From a virus (taxonomy: Duplodnaviria > Caudoviricetes): a stretch of DNA of 64,000 nt. Where the stretch lies: positions 16,451 to 80,450 of the IMG/VR virus record IMGVR_UViG_2643221933_000001; one strand, 5' to 3'. Position numbers and translations under genes: made by a program. Positions 1 through 10,008 of the stretch are shown here, piece after piece. The notes below the pieces were generated by a model. That model made no database searches, was not told the DNA's origin, and saw nothing but the letters and a program-made list of their open reading frames with translations. Within the stretch, counting starts at the first letter, position 1. Each line of letters opens with the position of its first letter.

Positions 1-35
1 TCAGTGCTGTCGGTGCCCCCGCGTTGACGTCCATG

Positions 36-323
36 TTAGCGGCCCTTACGCTTTGCCGCAGGTGCGTCTTCCTGCTCGAAGGTCGACAGGAACGAGCTGA
101 TCGCCAGGTCGCGGTCGCCGCTCTCAAGCCAGAAGCCTTCGAAGTCGGCGTCGGCCGCTTCATCTGGAAGTTCAGCGATCTTGGCGATCTGGTTGAGCGT
201 CGTGCGGGCGATGACAAAATCGGTCATCAGGACGACGGACGGGCGATGCGGGGCGATGTGCTGCCCGACCGACAGGTCGATCAGTGCAAACTCACCCGTG
301 GTTTCTGCGAGAATTTTCTGCAT
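36..323 (-). CDS. Hypothetical virion-module protein
   Basis: ATG-initiated 95-aa ORF directly downstream of the capsid gene, same strand. Confidence 0.7.
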   Translation of the reverse strand: MQKILAETTGEFALIDLSVGQHIAPHRPSVVLMTDFVIARTTLNQIAKIAELPDEAADADFEGFWLESGDRDLAISSFLSTFEQEDAPAAKRKGR

Positions 324-334
324 GGAGGGCTCCG

Positions 335-373
335 AAAAAAAGAAGCCCGCCGTCCAAGGTATGAACGACGGGC
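335..373 (-). terminator. Intrinsic terminator after major capsid gene
   Basis: Minus strand GCCCGTCGTTCA-TACCT-TGGACGGCGGGC followed by TTCTTTTTTT. Confidence 0.7.
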
Positions 374-396
374 CGGGTGGGTGAACTCCGCGAGGC

Positions 397-1581
397 TTAG
401 CCCGCGAAGTTGAGGATCGAGCGGGTGTCGTTGAAGTTCAGCTTGAAGCCGGCGTTCGTCGTCTTCACGACGGTGACCGTCTGGTTGGCGATCGAACGTT
501 CGGACTCTTCGATGTCCGAGCCGGCTTCGATCAGCTCTTCCATCGTGTCGCCACGCGAGAGACCGATCAGCATGCCATCCGGAACGGCGCTGGAGATGGC
601 GAAGTTGGCAACACCCTGGAGCAGCGGAATGCCACCGAGCTGGAAGCCCTGGTTCGAAGCGATCTCGGCTTCCGTCTTGCCAGCGGCGACAACGGGGGCA
701 GCGAACAGCTCGAGCCACTCGAGGTAGGCATCCCAGTTGCCGACGACGGTGTCGACGGGGGTGCCGGCCTTGGCGCGGTTGATCAGCCACTTGATGAGGG
801 CGCGGCGGTTGATCTTACCGGACGTTGCGGCGCTGTTCAGGTCGCTCTGCTTGACGACCGGAGCCGCGGAGTTGACGCCATCGCCGTTGATGAGGATCGC
901 CGTTGCGGCAGCAACCTTCGACATCGCGGTCTCGCGCAGCATGCGAACATGGTACGGAGTCATGAGGTCGAGGCGGGCACGACGGCCGAACTCGTAAGAG
1001 TAGCGCAGACCACCGCCGTGCTTGAAGAACGCAACGCTGTTCTGGCTCGTCCGGATCGTGCGAACCGGGATGCGGCCCATTTCAGCGACGGCGCGAACGG
1101 TCTGGTAGTCCTCGGCCTTGTCGTCGACGACCGTGGAGATCATCTCCGTTCCGGAAATCGTGCGGGACTGGGACACCATCGGGGTCGTGGTTTCCAGCTG
1201 GTCCTGACGGTACTTCCAGCGAACCATGTCGTCGACGACTTCCGGGAAGAGTGCCCGTGTGCCGGCGTAGGTCTGGAAGGTGTCCGCAGCCGCATCGAGA
1301 ACGACGCCCTGGGCGAAGTCATCGCGAACCGGCAGGTTCAGGTAGGACAGAGCGGCTTCGTAGCCGGTCAGGAAGCCCGAGGCGTCCTGATAGCGATCGG
1401 CATGCTCCGAAGCGCGGACGTCGACGGCGAGCGTGAGGAAGTCACGCAGGTTGAGGCCGAAGCTCTTGGCTTCGCGGATCAGCTTCGCTGCTTCATTCTT
1501 GCTCTCGGTTTCGTTCTCCGTGAGCAGGACGCCGAGCGTTTCCACGCCACGACGAACAACACGGGTAAGGGACTCAGTCAT
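397..1581 (-). CDS. Major capsid protein (HK97-like fold)
   Basis: 394 aa; follows protease/scaffold and decoration genes; KHGGGLRYSYE and ILINGDG segments typical of capsids; followed by a terminator. Confidence 0.8.
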   Translation of the reverse strand: MTESLTRVVRRGVETLGVLLTENETESKNEAAKLIREAKSFGLNLRDFLTLAVDVRASEHADRYQDASGFLTGYEAALSYLNLPVRDDFAQGVVLDAAADTFQTYAGTRALFPEVVDDMVRWKYRQDQLETTTPMVSQSRTISGTEMISTVVDDKAEDYQTVRAVAEMGRIPVRTIRTSQNSVAFFKHGGGLRYSYEFGRRARLDLMTPYHVRMLRETAMSKVAAATAILINGDGVNSAAPVVKQSDLNSAATSGKINRRALIKWLINRAKAGTPVDTVVGNWDAYLEWLELFAAPVVAAGKTEAEIASNQGFQLGGIPLLQGVANFAISSAVPDGMLIGLSRGDTMEELIEAGSDIEESERSIANQTVTVVKTTNAGFKLNFNDTRSILNFAG

Positions 1582-1616
1582 TCGTATTCTCCGTTAACTG
1601 GGGTGCGGCGGGCGCG

Positions 1617-2015
1617 TTAGATCAGGACGACGACGGCTTCAGAGCCGATGATTTCGCCCACGAAGTTCTTGCTGGGGTCGGCCGCGGTGGCCTTCTTCAC
1701 TTCACCGCCGCCGGCGCCGACGACCGTGTCGCCCACTGCGACGACCTGGCCGGCCTTGATCGGCAGGGTGTTTGCGAACTTCAGAGCAACGGCGCCGACG
1801 AGCTGGCCTTCGACCTTGCGGTCTTCGACAGTCGCGAGCCGGCCGACGATGGTGTCGCCGTCGCCAGCGAGCTTGACCTTGTTCGGCGCGGACGTGTCGA
1901 GCGACACGGCCTTGCCGGCGTCAGCTGCGACGATGCCTGCGGCGAGCGTGAAGGTCAGGTGGAAGTCTTCGAAGTGGAAACCACGAAGACCGACTTTGGT
2001 GTGGAAGAGTGCCAT
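1617..2015 (-). CDS. Capsid decoration/cement protein
   Basis: 132 aa, Gly/Ala/Val-rich beta protein between scaffold and capsid genes. Confidence 0.6.
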   Translation of the reverse strand: MALFHTKVGLRGFHFEDFHLTFTLAAGIVAADAGKAVSLDTSAPNKVKLAGDGDTIVGRLATVEDRKVEGQLVGAVALKFANTLPIKAGQVVAVGDTVVGAGGGEVKKATAADPSKNFVGEIIGSEAVVVLI

Positions 2016-2038
2016 GAGAAAATCTCCGTGGTGGTTGA

Positions 2039-3148
2039 TTAGCGAGCCGACCGGAAGGCCGAGGCGCGAGGTGCGGATGCCGACTTGAGGTCGACCGGCG
2101 TGTCCTTGGACGTGCCGCCGGGGGTGATGACGAGGGAAGCCGAGTGCTCGGAGATGAGCGTTGTCAGGTCTGCGACGGTCGTCGGCAGTTCGACGTTGAG
2201 CTTGCCGACCTTCGTCAGAACGGTCTTGGCGGTTTCGCTGAGAGCAGCGACGGCAGCATCCCGCTCGGCCGTGATGGCCGCAGCATCAGCCGCCTGTGCT
2301 GCTTCGAGGTCGACGCGAAGCTGGGCGATCGTGGCGTCACGCTCGGTAACGCTTGCCTCGAGCGTGGTGACCTGAGCCTGTGCGGCGGTCAGACCGATCT
2401 GGGCGGTTGTGAGATCTGCCGTTTTCGACGTCAGATCTGCGACGAGAGCAGCGAGATCCATAGGTGTTTCCTTGGTTGCGGTAGCATTGAGGACGAGAGA
2501 GTTCGGATCGATGCCCGAAGCGGCGAGGCGCTCGTAGGCTTCTCCGAAGTGCGACTTGTCGCGGGTGACGATGCGAGCGTTCTGAGCGCCGCCCTGGCCC
2601 ACCAGGGACATCTCGAAGAAGTTGGCGAGGCCACGCATCTGAGCGTAGACACCATCCTTGCCGAGCTGATTTCCCTCGTTGTCGATGCCCGACCAGCGGT
2701 TCTCGCTGTTGGCATCGGGGCCGAGATAGTCGAAGCCGGACTTGGAGTTGAGGAGCTGCTTGGGAACCACGCTGACGGAGACCTGATCCACAGTTCCGGC
2801 TTCGATCTTGGTTGCCTGGGCGTTGGCTGTCGGATCGAGGAAGAACAGAACGCGGAGCTCGGACTCTACGCCGGTGTCCTTGACCTCGCCGTGGAACACA
2901 CGGCCGATCGGCAGAGGCTCCTTGTCATGCTGGATCTGCACGGGGCGCGACTCGCGCTTCAGCTCAGCTGCCATCTCGAGCAGGAGGTTGCGGTCGGCGC
3001 GGGCGCCCTTGTAGAGGAAGTGTTCCTTGCGGATGGGCAGCGTATTGAAGGCGATCGCCTCGTAAACACGCAGCGCGTCAATGTCGACGTCCCCGGCCGA
3101 AGCCAGGAGAAGGTCGCGAATGCGCTGGGTTTTTTCGATCTGCTTCAT
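2039..3148 (-). CDS. Prohead protease fused to coiled-coil scaffold
   Basis: HD..PIG, VSVS and EMSLV protease motifs; Ala-rich coiled-coil C-terminal half. Confidence 0.75.
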   Translation of the reverse strand: MKQIEKTQRIRDLLLASAGDVDIDALRVYEAIAFNTLPIRKEHFLYKGARADRNLLLEMAAELKRESRPVQIQHDKEPLPIGRVFHGEVKDTGVESELRVLFFLDPTANAQATKIEAGTVDQVSVSVVPKQLLNSKSGFDYLGPDANSENRWSGIDNEGNQLGKDGVYAQMRGLANFFEMSLVGQGGAQNARIVTRDKSHFGEAYERLAASGIDPNSLVLNATATKETPMDLAALVADLTSKTADLTTAQIGLTAAQAQVTTLEASVTERDATIAQLRVDLEAAQAADAAAITAERDAAVAALSETAKTVLTKVGKLNVELPTTVADLTTLISEHSASLVITPGGTSKDTPVDLKSASAPRASAFRSAR

Positions 3149-3178
3149 CTGTCAGAAATCCACTTCGGGTTGACTGAA

Positions 3179-3207
3179 AGATGGAAGTTTGGAGCACGAT
3201 CTTCAAC
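3179..3207 (-). promoter_or_regulatory. Putative late promoter (GTTGAA-N16-TCCATCT)
   Basis: Same architecture upstream of the genes starting at 5720, 9407 and 56308. Confidence 0.45.
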
Positions 3208-3261
3208 TAAGCCATTGAATCACAATGCTGAACTTTGCAGCACAAAGGTGCGCGAGAACGA

Positions 3262-3289
3262 GAAAGGCCCGCACTGGGCGGGCCCTTTC
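3262..3289. terminator. Intrinsic terminator
   Basis: GAAAGGCCCGC-ACTGG-GCGGGCCCTTTC, flanked by short A/T tracts. Confidence 0.65.
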
Positions 3290-3310
3290 AATGTGCTTTG
3301 ACGGTCGGGG

Positions 3311-3550
3311 TTAGGCGAGTGCTTCTGTGTAGAGGCGCTTGGCTTCAGCCTTCGTGGTCGGGCTGTGATCCGGCGCCAGTGTGAAGCTGGTTGCCCAGCG
3401 ACCGCCGCCCTCGATCTCGCGATCAGTCGTGATGAAGACGGTGACCTCGTCATCGTCTTCATCGTCAGTGTCGTTCAGGTTCCGCTGTGCGAAGAAGCTG
3501 AACCCATCTGCCCCCGCCAGCATCTCAATCTCATTCAAGAGCTTCTGCAT
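3311..3550 (-). CDS. Hypothetical acidic protein
   Basis: 79 aa, AGGAG SD upstream. Confidence 0.65.
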   Translation of the reverse strand: MQKLLNEIEMLAGADGFSFFAQRNLNDTDDEDDDEVTVFITTDREIEGGGRWATSFTLAPDHSPTTKAEAKRLYTEALA

Positions 3551-3559
3551 GTAAACTCC

Positions 3560-5206
3560 TTAGAACGCCGGTGCGTCGAAGAGACGGTAGGCATAGGGGT
3601 TGGAAATGACGAACGTCGTGACAGCGTTGGCCGGCATCGAGACGTACAAAATGAGTGCGGCGTAACCGACCGTTGTGGAACCCGGGAGGGTGGTTTCGAC
3701 CTCGGTCTTAAAGTCGAGAGAGAGCGGTGCGACAGCCGGCCAGTTGCCTTGGGACAAGAGACCATAGCCGCCCCAGCAATCCTTGGTGCCGAGGTTCGTG
3801 TTCACCTGATTGGTGATGTAGAACCGGGAACCGCCGTTGTTCGCTTCGATGTCGACGTGCATACCTGCCTCGAGGAGGTCGTTGACCGTCCAGTAGCTCG
3901 TAGGCGGGCTGTCGAATGCGATGCGAACGAGGGCAGGAGTAGCGCCATTGGTAAGCGTAAGCCGTGCCTTCTTGCCCGACTGCGTATCGCCCGCATCCTG
4001 GTCCATGAGGGCAATGGTCGAGCTCACTGCGCCGCCACTGGCCGAGATCGCCATGTTGGCTGGAACAGTGCCGCTGGTCACAGTCATGTTGGCCCCAGCG
4101 GAGCCGCCTGCTGCCGTGGTGAAGAAGTTGTTCTGGATGTTCTGGCGCGGGTTGTTCGGGCGCTGATCGGCCAGACCTGTGGCGCCAAGCGGGCGGGCGA
4201 CATGCAGTCCCCTCATCCAGTCCGCCAGGCCGGCCATGGCCATGGTGTAGGCACCGAATGCCGAGAAGTGCGTGACGTCGCCAGGCAGCGTCATGTTCGG
4301 CTTGAACTGGATCTGAGTCGGGCTGGCCGTGGACAACCAAACAGCTTTGGTGAAGTCGAACAGGGTGACCGATTTCTCTTCCGCCCAGACGCGCTGACGG
4401 CCGTTGAAGCGGAGCAGGGCCTGAACGGCTGCGGCTGTGAGGTTGGTTGCACCCGTCTCGGCAAACAGCACGACAACCTTGCCGTCATCCAAATCCTGCT
4501 GCCATTCCGCGGACAGGTTGGCGTAGGCGACCTGATCGACGTTGGTCAGATCGACGTAGACGCCCTGGATCAAGTCCGTGTAGCCGACAGAAGCGATGGT
4601 TGTGGAGGCGACCGACTGCGCCACGCTCACACGGTACGTGCCCACGCCGCCTGTCGTGCCACTGATCTGCGACACGATCTTGGTGCCTGCCGTGATGCCG
4701 GTACCGGAAAGGATCGCGCCGACGTTTGCCAGGCCTGCGACAGCGGTGACCGTCATAACATCGCCCGTGATGGAGCCTGTGAGCTGTGCGCCCTGCGCGT
4801 GTGCAAGGTCATTCACAAGGGGAAAGCCCCAGAGCGAGATGCCTGCGTTCGATGCACGGCGCTCTGCCTGGAAGGCCTTGATGTACTGGTCGCTGCGGTA
4901 ACCGGAGAGGGCGAACAGACGGTTGATACGGGTGCGATGACCCGTCATGCAGTTGGCCCAATTGACGCAGTGCAGGTCGGAGAGACCGACGTGACGAACA
5001 CCAATGCCCGCCGCGCTGACGCCCGCCATGGCTGTGCGGCTGTCGCCGTTCATGTCCATCTTCTTGCGGTTGCGGAACCGCTTGAAGGAGCCCAGCTTGG
5101 TGATCGCCCGAACGCCTTCCCCGAAGACGCGGTCCATCAGCGCCGCTTCAACTTCGGCTTTCTCGTCGGAAGTCAGGGTGCTGAGGTATGTCGCGAGGTA
5201 GGTCAT
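3560..5206 (-). CDS. SGNH/GDSL-family esterase, probably virion-associated
   Basis: GDSRT (block I), ALSG (II), VND (III), DVTH (V); Gly/Thr-rich beta insert; beta-rich C-terminal domain; start overlaps the upstream stop (TGATG). Confidence 0.65.
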   Translation of the reverse strand: MTYLATYLSTLTSDEKAEVEAALMDRVFGEGVRAITKLGSFKRFRNRKKMDMNGDSRTAMAGVSAAGIGVRHVGLSDLHCVNWANCMTGHRTRINRLFALSGYRSDQYIKAFQAERRASNAGISLWGFPLVNDLAHAQGAQLTGSITGDVMTVTAVAGLANVGAILSGTGITAGTKIVSQISGTTGGVGTYRVSVAQSVASTTIASVGYTDLIQGVYVDLTNVDQVAYANLSAEWQQDLDDGKVVVLFAETGATNLTAAAVQALLRFNGRQRVWAEEKSVTLFDFTKAVWLSTASPTQIQFKPNMTLPGDVTHFSAFGAYTMAMAGLADWMRGLHVARPLGATGLADQRPNNPRQNIQNNFFTTAAGGSAGANMTVTSGTVPANMAISASGGAVSSTIALMDQDAGDTQSGKKARLTLTNGATPALVRIAFDSPPTSYWTVNDLLEAGMHVDIEANNGGSRFYITNQVNTNLGTKDCWGGYGLLSQGNWPAVAPLSLDFKTEVETTLPGSTTVGYAALILYVSMPANAVTTFVISNPYAYRLFDAPAF

Positions 5207-5373
5207 CAAGCTTCCTTGGGCGTAAGATAGATGCCGTCCCTCGAAGTAAGGGTTTCCCCGGACTTCGAAGTGAGCACGTTAATGAGGCGCACGGCGGGTG
5301 CGATGAGGATGGAGCGTCCCAGCTCGGTGCGAACTCCATGCAACCCCTGGAATGGGTGACGGAGGCCGTCCAT
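5206..5373 (-). CDS. Small hypothetical protein (55 aa, [10 protein letters not shown]...TPKEA), missing from the ORF track
   Basis: Translationally coupled at both ends (TAATG and TGATG overlaps). Confidence 0.6.
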   Translation of the reverse strand: MDGLRHPFQGLHGVRTELGRSILIAPAVRLINVLTSKSGETLTSRDGIYLTPKEA

Positions 5374-5720
5374 TACGCCGCCGATACGATCGTGATCTTG
5401 TCACCCACAGCCGCCGGGAAGTCGCGCTTCTCAGATGCAAGGAGATGAGCGCGGGCACTGGCGGGAGCCGTGCTGACCGCCTTGGTTGCGTCGGGCGTCT
5501 TGCCTTTGGCGACGAAGATCGGACCCGCGGACTGTGCGCGTACCCGGAATACGAGGGTGCCGGCGACGGTGATATCTTTGAGGGTGGGTGCGCCCGCAGC
5601 TTCCTGGGTCGTGGTGCCGCCCAGGGCGATGGTCTCCGACCAGATCGGGTGGAAGAGCTCGGAGCCGCCAGCCTTGACCGCGATCCCCATCTCGACGTGA
5701 GCGCCTACAAATTCAGCCAT
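5373..5720 (-). CDS. Hypothetical structural protein
   Basis: 115 aa with GGAG SD, in the head module. Confidence 0.7.
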   Translation of the reverse strand: MAEFVGAHVEMGIAVKAGGSELFHPIWSETIALGGTTTQEAAGAPTLKDITVAGTLVFRVRAQSAGPIFVAKGKTPDATKAVSTAPASARAHLLASEKRDFPAAVGDKITIVSAA

Positions 5721-5756
5721 GAGGGTCTCCGAACCTAACTTTCCTGTGTGAAAGAA

Positions 5757-5785
5757 AAATGGGCTTTCGGAGATAAGTCTTCAAT
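5757..5785 (-). promoter_or_regulatory. Putative late promoter (ATTGAA-N16-CCCATTT)
   Basis: Aligns with 3179-3207, including the upstream TGAWTCAAT. Confidence 0.45.
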
Positions 5786-5847
5786 TAAGAGATTGATTCA
5801 AAACGATGTTTTATGCATCATCGCAGCGCATTAGAAAGGGCACTGTT

Positions 5848-6165
5848 ATGCAATTGGAAGACGCAAAATTCATCTGGATGGCCAACGATGAGGAGCTGTT
5901 CGGCACAAATCCCAACCAAGGTCGCTTCCTTGTCGTTACGCGAGAGGAAGATGACGAAAATCTACCCAATTCGTTTGGCTGCATCGAACACGATTGGAAC
6001 GAGGCTGACCATGCAGGTCGGCTAGAACTGCTCGAGTCTCATCTGGCAGTTGTCATTCATCATGACCGCATCAGCAAGGAGGTCATTCTCAACGAACTGA
6101 AGAAGATTGACGACATCAATCCGCTTCAGGTCGACCTCGACAAGACTCCGGACGACGAAGACTAA
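5848..6165 (+). CDS. Hypothetical acidic protein, lower-GC moron on the opposite strand
   Basis: ORF convergent with portal; AT-richer codons. Confidence 0.6.
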   Translation: MQLEDAKFIWMANDEELFGTNPNQGRFLVVTREEDDENLPNSFGCIEHDWNEADHAGRLELLESHLAVVIHHDRISKEVILNELKKIDDINPLQVDLDKTPDDED

Positions 6166-7634
6166 GCCGCCGGCTTCTGGACCTGCTTCGACTTCGCCAT
6201 CTTTGATCCCTCGGGCGCAAGCGAGCGGCCGAGCGGGTCGGAGTTGGGGCTCACCTCATCAGCGCGTCCACCGGCCGGTGCGGGCGTCATGAAGCCGGTA
6301 CCGCTCAGCTCCGGGGCGCCGTCCGGCGGCAGGCGGTTATACATCTGCAGATGGTACTCGAGGTCTGTGATGAGGCCGTGGGAGAGGTCCGTCAGCAGCC
6401 GGCTCTGGCGCATGGTCAGCTGGGGTTCAAGCTCGAGATCCGGACGAAGCTCGCCCTTCACGAATGCCACCTCTGCGAAGCCCTGGTAGCCGTCCTGGTG
6501 CAGCATGAAGCTGAAGATGTTCGTGAGGATCGCGGCGACGGGGCCATTCAGCTCGTCGGCGTTCATGGACGCCAGACGTGCCTCGACCGAGCTCGTGTTC
6601 ACGCCGGCCGTACCGCGGCCGATGACAGTCGCCATGGTCTTGAGGCCGGCCTGGTTCTGGGCGTTCAACGTTTCGATCACCTTCGAGATGTCGATCCCGG
6701 CGCCCGGGCTCTTCTCGTTCATGATCCCCGGTTCGACGGAGTCCATGTGGACGAAGGCCGTGTCGGCGCGGATGTCCTGCACCGAGTTCCGGATCTCTCC
6801 GAGACGGGCGTTGATCCACTCCGTCTGCTTGGACTCGTCCAGCTTGATGCTGACCGGCATGTTCTTGCGCAGGACTTCTTCGACGACCGTCACTTCCAAG
6901 CGCGGGTAGCCGGTGTATTGCATGATCCGGTAGAGGTCGTTGATGACCTGCTGGCGGGCGGCGATTGTGTTGATTGTCGAAACAAACGGGCTGTTCGAAT
7001 AGATCTTCGTCGGATTCTGGCGGTAGAAGCTGACGAAGAATGTCGGGATGTCGAGGTTGATCCCATCCGTCAGGCCGGACACCTTTTGCCGGGGCTTGTA
7101 TTCCCCGGGCTTCTTCTCAAACCACTCGACCGAATTGAGGTCGACGTTGCGTAGATCGGCCGGCAGAAGCTTCTCGTCGAACACCAGCTCGACGCCGGCG
7201 CCGCCGCGCAGCAGCACCATGTAGCGGATCTCCTCGCACCACTGGTCGAGGTTCTGCTTCATCTGGAAGCCCTTGGTGTAATCCGTGGGCATCGTCATGA
7301 ACTTGATGCGCTGCATCAGCGCCTTGGTCGCCTCGGCGTCGATCTGCCCGTCCATGTCCCGCACGAGGATGATCGGCATGGTGTTCGCCATCGTCAGCCA
7401 GGCATGGACTGCAGCCGATACGTCAGGGTCATGTTCGAACAGCTGCACCATCAGGGTGCGGGCATCGTCGGCCTGGCGCGAGGAGAAGATGTCGGACAGG
7501 TGTTCCTGATACTGCGGCGCCGTCAGGACGTTCTGTGTCTGCTGCGGATTGTAGGTTCCCGTCGCGGAGACACCACCAGTCTTGGCCTTGGATTTCGGGC
7601 TGATGATGGAAAAGATAGCGCTGCCCAAGGCCAT
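6162..7634 (-). CDS. Portal protein
   Basis: 490 aa immediately after the terminase; DPDVSAAV and GYPRL motifs. Confidence 0.8.
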   Translation of the reverse strand: MALGSAIFSIISPKSKAKTGGVSATGTYNPQQTQNVLTAPQYQEHLSDIFSSRQADDARTLMVQLFEHDPDVSAAVHAWLTMANTMPIILVRDMDGQIDAEATKALMQRIKFMTMPTDYTKGFQMKQNLDQWCEEIRYMVLLRGGAGVELVFDEKLLPADLRNVDLNSVEWFEKKPGEYKPRQKVSGLTDGINLDIPTFFVSFYRQNPTKIYSNSPFVSTINTIAARQQVINDLYRIMQYTGYPRLEVTVVEEVLRKNMPVSIKLDESKQTEWINARLGEIRNSVQDIRADTAFVHMDSVEPGIMNEKSPGAGIDISKVIETLNAQNQAGLKTMATVIGRGTAGVNTSSVEARLASMNADELNGPVAAILTNIFSFMLHQDGYQGFAEVAFVKGELRPDLELEPQLTMRQSRLLTDLSHGLITDLEYHLQMYNRLPPDGAPELSGTGFMTPAPAGGRADEVSPNSDPLGRSLAPEGSKMAKSKQVQKPAA

Positions 7635-7643
7635 GTGTGGTTC

Positions 7644-9407
7644 CTAAATTCGTCCAAGAGATATGGGCCGATTGGTGCGGCGGTTCACGCCCAGGCGTGA
7701 TGCATTTCCCATCGGAATGATGATGTTTGACTGGTGGACGACACTCCGTGGATCATCCTGGCGGTAGTCGATCGTCGTGTGGACACGCGTGGCGAACAGC
7801 AGGTAGGCGAGCGAGTGGAAGAAGTGGTCGTTGCCGGTGAGCTTCTTCCAGCGGGCAGGCGTCTCTTCCTTGGTCTTCTCGTTGACCTCATGCTCCATCC
7901 GGACCATGTCCTGCAGGTGGTCGAGGATCAGGCGCTGCATGCGCCCGTAGCCCATGAGGGCGATCTTGCGCTTCCGGATCGCGGAGGCCACCATGTCGAT
8001 CATGGTCGTGCGGTTGCCGCGGGCGTGGGAGAGCTGGTCGAGCTCGTCGTTCACCAGCGCGACGGACGGGGCGCCGGCCGTGCCTGCGTATTCGACCGGG
8101 ATGATCCGGCCCTGCGACATGTCGCGGACCTCGTTGGCGAGCGGGGTATAGGGGTTGCGGTCCATCGCGCCGCCGATGACGTTGTACGTATCGAGGATCG
8201 TCGTGAGCTCGTCGATCAGGTTGTCAGCGGTGACCTGCCGGAAGTCGAAGACCACCGGGTATTCCTGCCCCATATGTGCCAGGGTGATGTGGCAGGTGAG
8301 ACCCACGTCGATCCCGATGAAGACCGGCTGGTGCGTGACTTCCAGCTTCCCCTCGCCCTTCATGACGGCAAGGATCTCCAGCTCGCTCAGGCGAGCGCTG
8401 GCATCGTTGTAGGCCTGGCCGAGCACTGTATTGTACCACCGGCGGATCGCGTCCTTCTGCTTGTACTTGATCAGCTGGTCCACGATGTACGCCGGGTTGG
8501 CGATGTGGTGGACGCAGAAGGGGGTTACGCGGTAGCCGCGAGTACGGCGCCCAGGGAAGCGAGGCACCCAGCTACGAAGAGCTGGATTGGAGGTGTCCAG
8601 AGCCGCTCCACAAGCCTCACATCGAATGTAGGAGGCTCCAAGGTCCAGCTTTTCAACAAGTTCAGAGTCGAGTTCGGACAGGTCATTGAGGTCTCCGGAA
8701 AGCCCCGGGATCGTCACGAACTTCGGCGTGAACTCGGGGATGTTGTAGTGGTTGCAGCACTCGCATTTCAGGACGTATTCGTGCTGATCGGAGGCCTGGA
8801 AACCGGCGTGGACGCCGTAGCCTTCGAAGGTCGGCGTCGAGAACGACTGCGTGATCTTGTAGCTCGAGCCCTGCAGGCGCGACTGGTAGAGGCCGAGCAT
8901 CTCCTGATCGGCCAGGTCGATCTCGTCCTGGAAGAGCGCGTCGGCGTTGATCGACGTCGCGTCGGACTCCTTGCCGCCGGTGAAGAAGCCGAACGACTGG
9001 TTGATCTGATACAGCCCGACCGAGCGCACAGGCTTGTCGGCGCCCATGTTGAACACGGGCTCGCCCGCGATCAACGGCCCGAAGCGGGTCTGCGAGACGC
9101 GCTTGAACATCACGTCGGTGGGCAGTGAGAAGATCGCGTTGACGCTGTTGTTGCGGGTGAGGAAGGCTGCGAACTTACGCAACTGAACCTCGGTCAGACC
9201 GATCTGCGAGCACTTGATCGTGAACAGATCGGGATGCATGTCATCGACGATCTGCTTCTGGAACTCATAGCCTTTGAAGCTGAAGTGCCGCTTGCGCAGG
9301 TGTGTGTTCTTTTCCACCCATTCCGACATCGACATATTGATCGAGTCTTCCGCAAATCGCTGGCGCAGTTGAGAGCGGAAGTCCGACAGATAATCGTTGC
9401 GGTACAT
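7644..9407 (-). CDS. Terminase large subunit, lambda GpA family
   Basis: KCSQIGLTE Walker A variant, QDEID Walker B, STPT, CxxC zinc pairs, IGIDVG nuclease motif, NDHFFH. Confidence 0.9.
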   Translation of the reverse strand: MYRNDYLSDFRSQLRQRFAEDSINMSMSEWVEKNTHLRKRHFSFKGYEFQKQIVDDMHPDLFTIKCSQIGLTEVQLRKFAAFLTRNNSVNAIFSLPTDVMFKRVSQTRFGPLIAGEPVFNMGADKPVRSVGLYQINQSFGFFTGGKESDATSINADALFQDEIDLADQEMLGLYQSRLQGSSYKITQSFSTPTFEGYGVHAGFQASDQHEYVLKCECCNHYNIPEFTPKFVTIPGLSGDLNDLSELDSELVEKLDLGASYIRCEACGAALDTSNPALRSWVPRFPGRRTRGYRVTPFCVHHIANPAYIVDQLIKYKQKDAIRRWYNTVLGQAYNDASARLSELEILAVMKGEGKLEVTHQPVFIGIDVGLTCHITLAHMGQEYPVVFDFRQVTADNLIDELTTILDTYNVIGGAMDRNPYTPLANEVRDMSQGRIIPVEYAGTAGAPSVALVNDELDQLSHARGNRTTMIDMVASAIRKRKIALMGYGRMQRLILDHLQDMVRMEHEVNEKTKEETPARWKKLTGNDHFFHSLAYLLFATRVHTTIDYRQDDPRSVVHQSNIIIPMGNASRLGVNRRTNRPISLGRI

Positions 9408-9416
9408 TGAGAGTTT

Positions 9417-9445
9417 ATATGGTGACGAGCCGGGTGTTTTGCAAC
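9417..9445 (-). promoter_or_regulatory. Putative terminase promoter (GTTGCA-N16-ACCATAT), likely leaderless transcript
   Basis: -10-like element only 9 nt from the ATG at 9407; no SD. Confidence 0.4.
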
Positions 9446-9537
9446 TTGGCGCTCTAGACACACTGTACTCTGTTCAACTTGATGTGGGCAAAGTGGTCCT
9501 CATCTCATACATGAGAGTTCCCAGACACGGAGCAATC

Positions 9538-10008
9538 ATGCAGCCCAAATACTTTCCGAACATCACCGAGGATCAGATCCTCCTGATGAACCGCGTGACG
9601 CGGTCTATTGCCGAAAATCCCGAATATCTGAATGACCCGAAGTGCCCCTATACGCAGACGGTGAAGGACTACTTCACCCAGCAGGTCGCACAGACCAGCG
9701 CGGTACCAGACCTTTTTGAAGGTGACGACGTCGTCGCGATCGAGCGTCAGATCCAGAAACTCATCAACGATCTCGAGGTCTACGGGCAGAGCCTGGGTGC
9801 CGGCGATGCCAGTGAGAAGCTCCAGTATTTCAAGACGAAGAACTCGCTGATCGAGAAGCTCCTCAGCAACATGGAGCGCGTCACCAATCTCAAGCTGATC
9901 AACGAGTTCCGGTCTGTGGTCATCCAGTTCATGGACGAGATCCTCACCCCCGATCAGATCACCATCTTCATGCAGCGCATCGACGGAGTCCTCATCAATG
10001 GTAAGTAA
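9538..10008 (+). CDS. Hypothetical helical protein upstream of primase
   Basis: GGAG SD; overlaps the primase start. Confidence 0.7.
   Translation: MQPKYFPNITEDQILLMNRVTRSIAENPEYLNDPKCPYTQTVKDYFTQQVAQTSAVPDLFEGDDVVAIERQIQKLINDLEVYGQSLGAGDASEKLQYFKTKNSLIEKLLSNMERVTNLKLINEFRSVVIQFMDEILTPDQITIFMQRIDGVLINGK

Noticed and set aside
3365-5230. Long antisense ORFs (also 7734-9128, 10550-12256, 46329-48341, 60004-61359)
   Set aside because: Shadow frames of high-GC genes, with no motifs or SD sequences
6162-7646. Genome-wide amber recoding suggested by the 16517 TAG
   Set aside because: Portal, terminase, primase and helicase end normally at TAG; no suppressor tRNA
9538-10008. Terminase small subunit
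   Set aside because: Divergent from the large subunit, coupled to the primase and no recognisable motif; left as hypothetical
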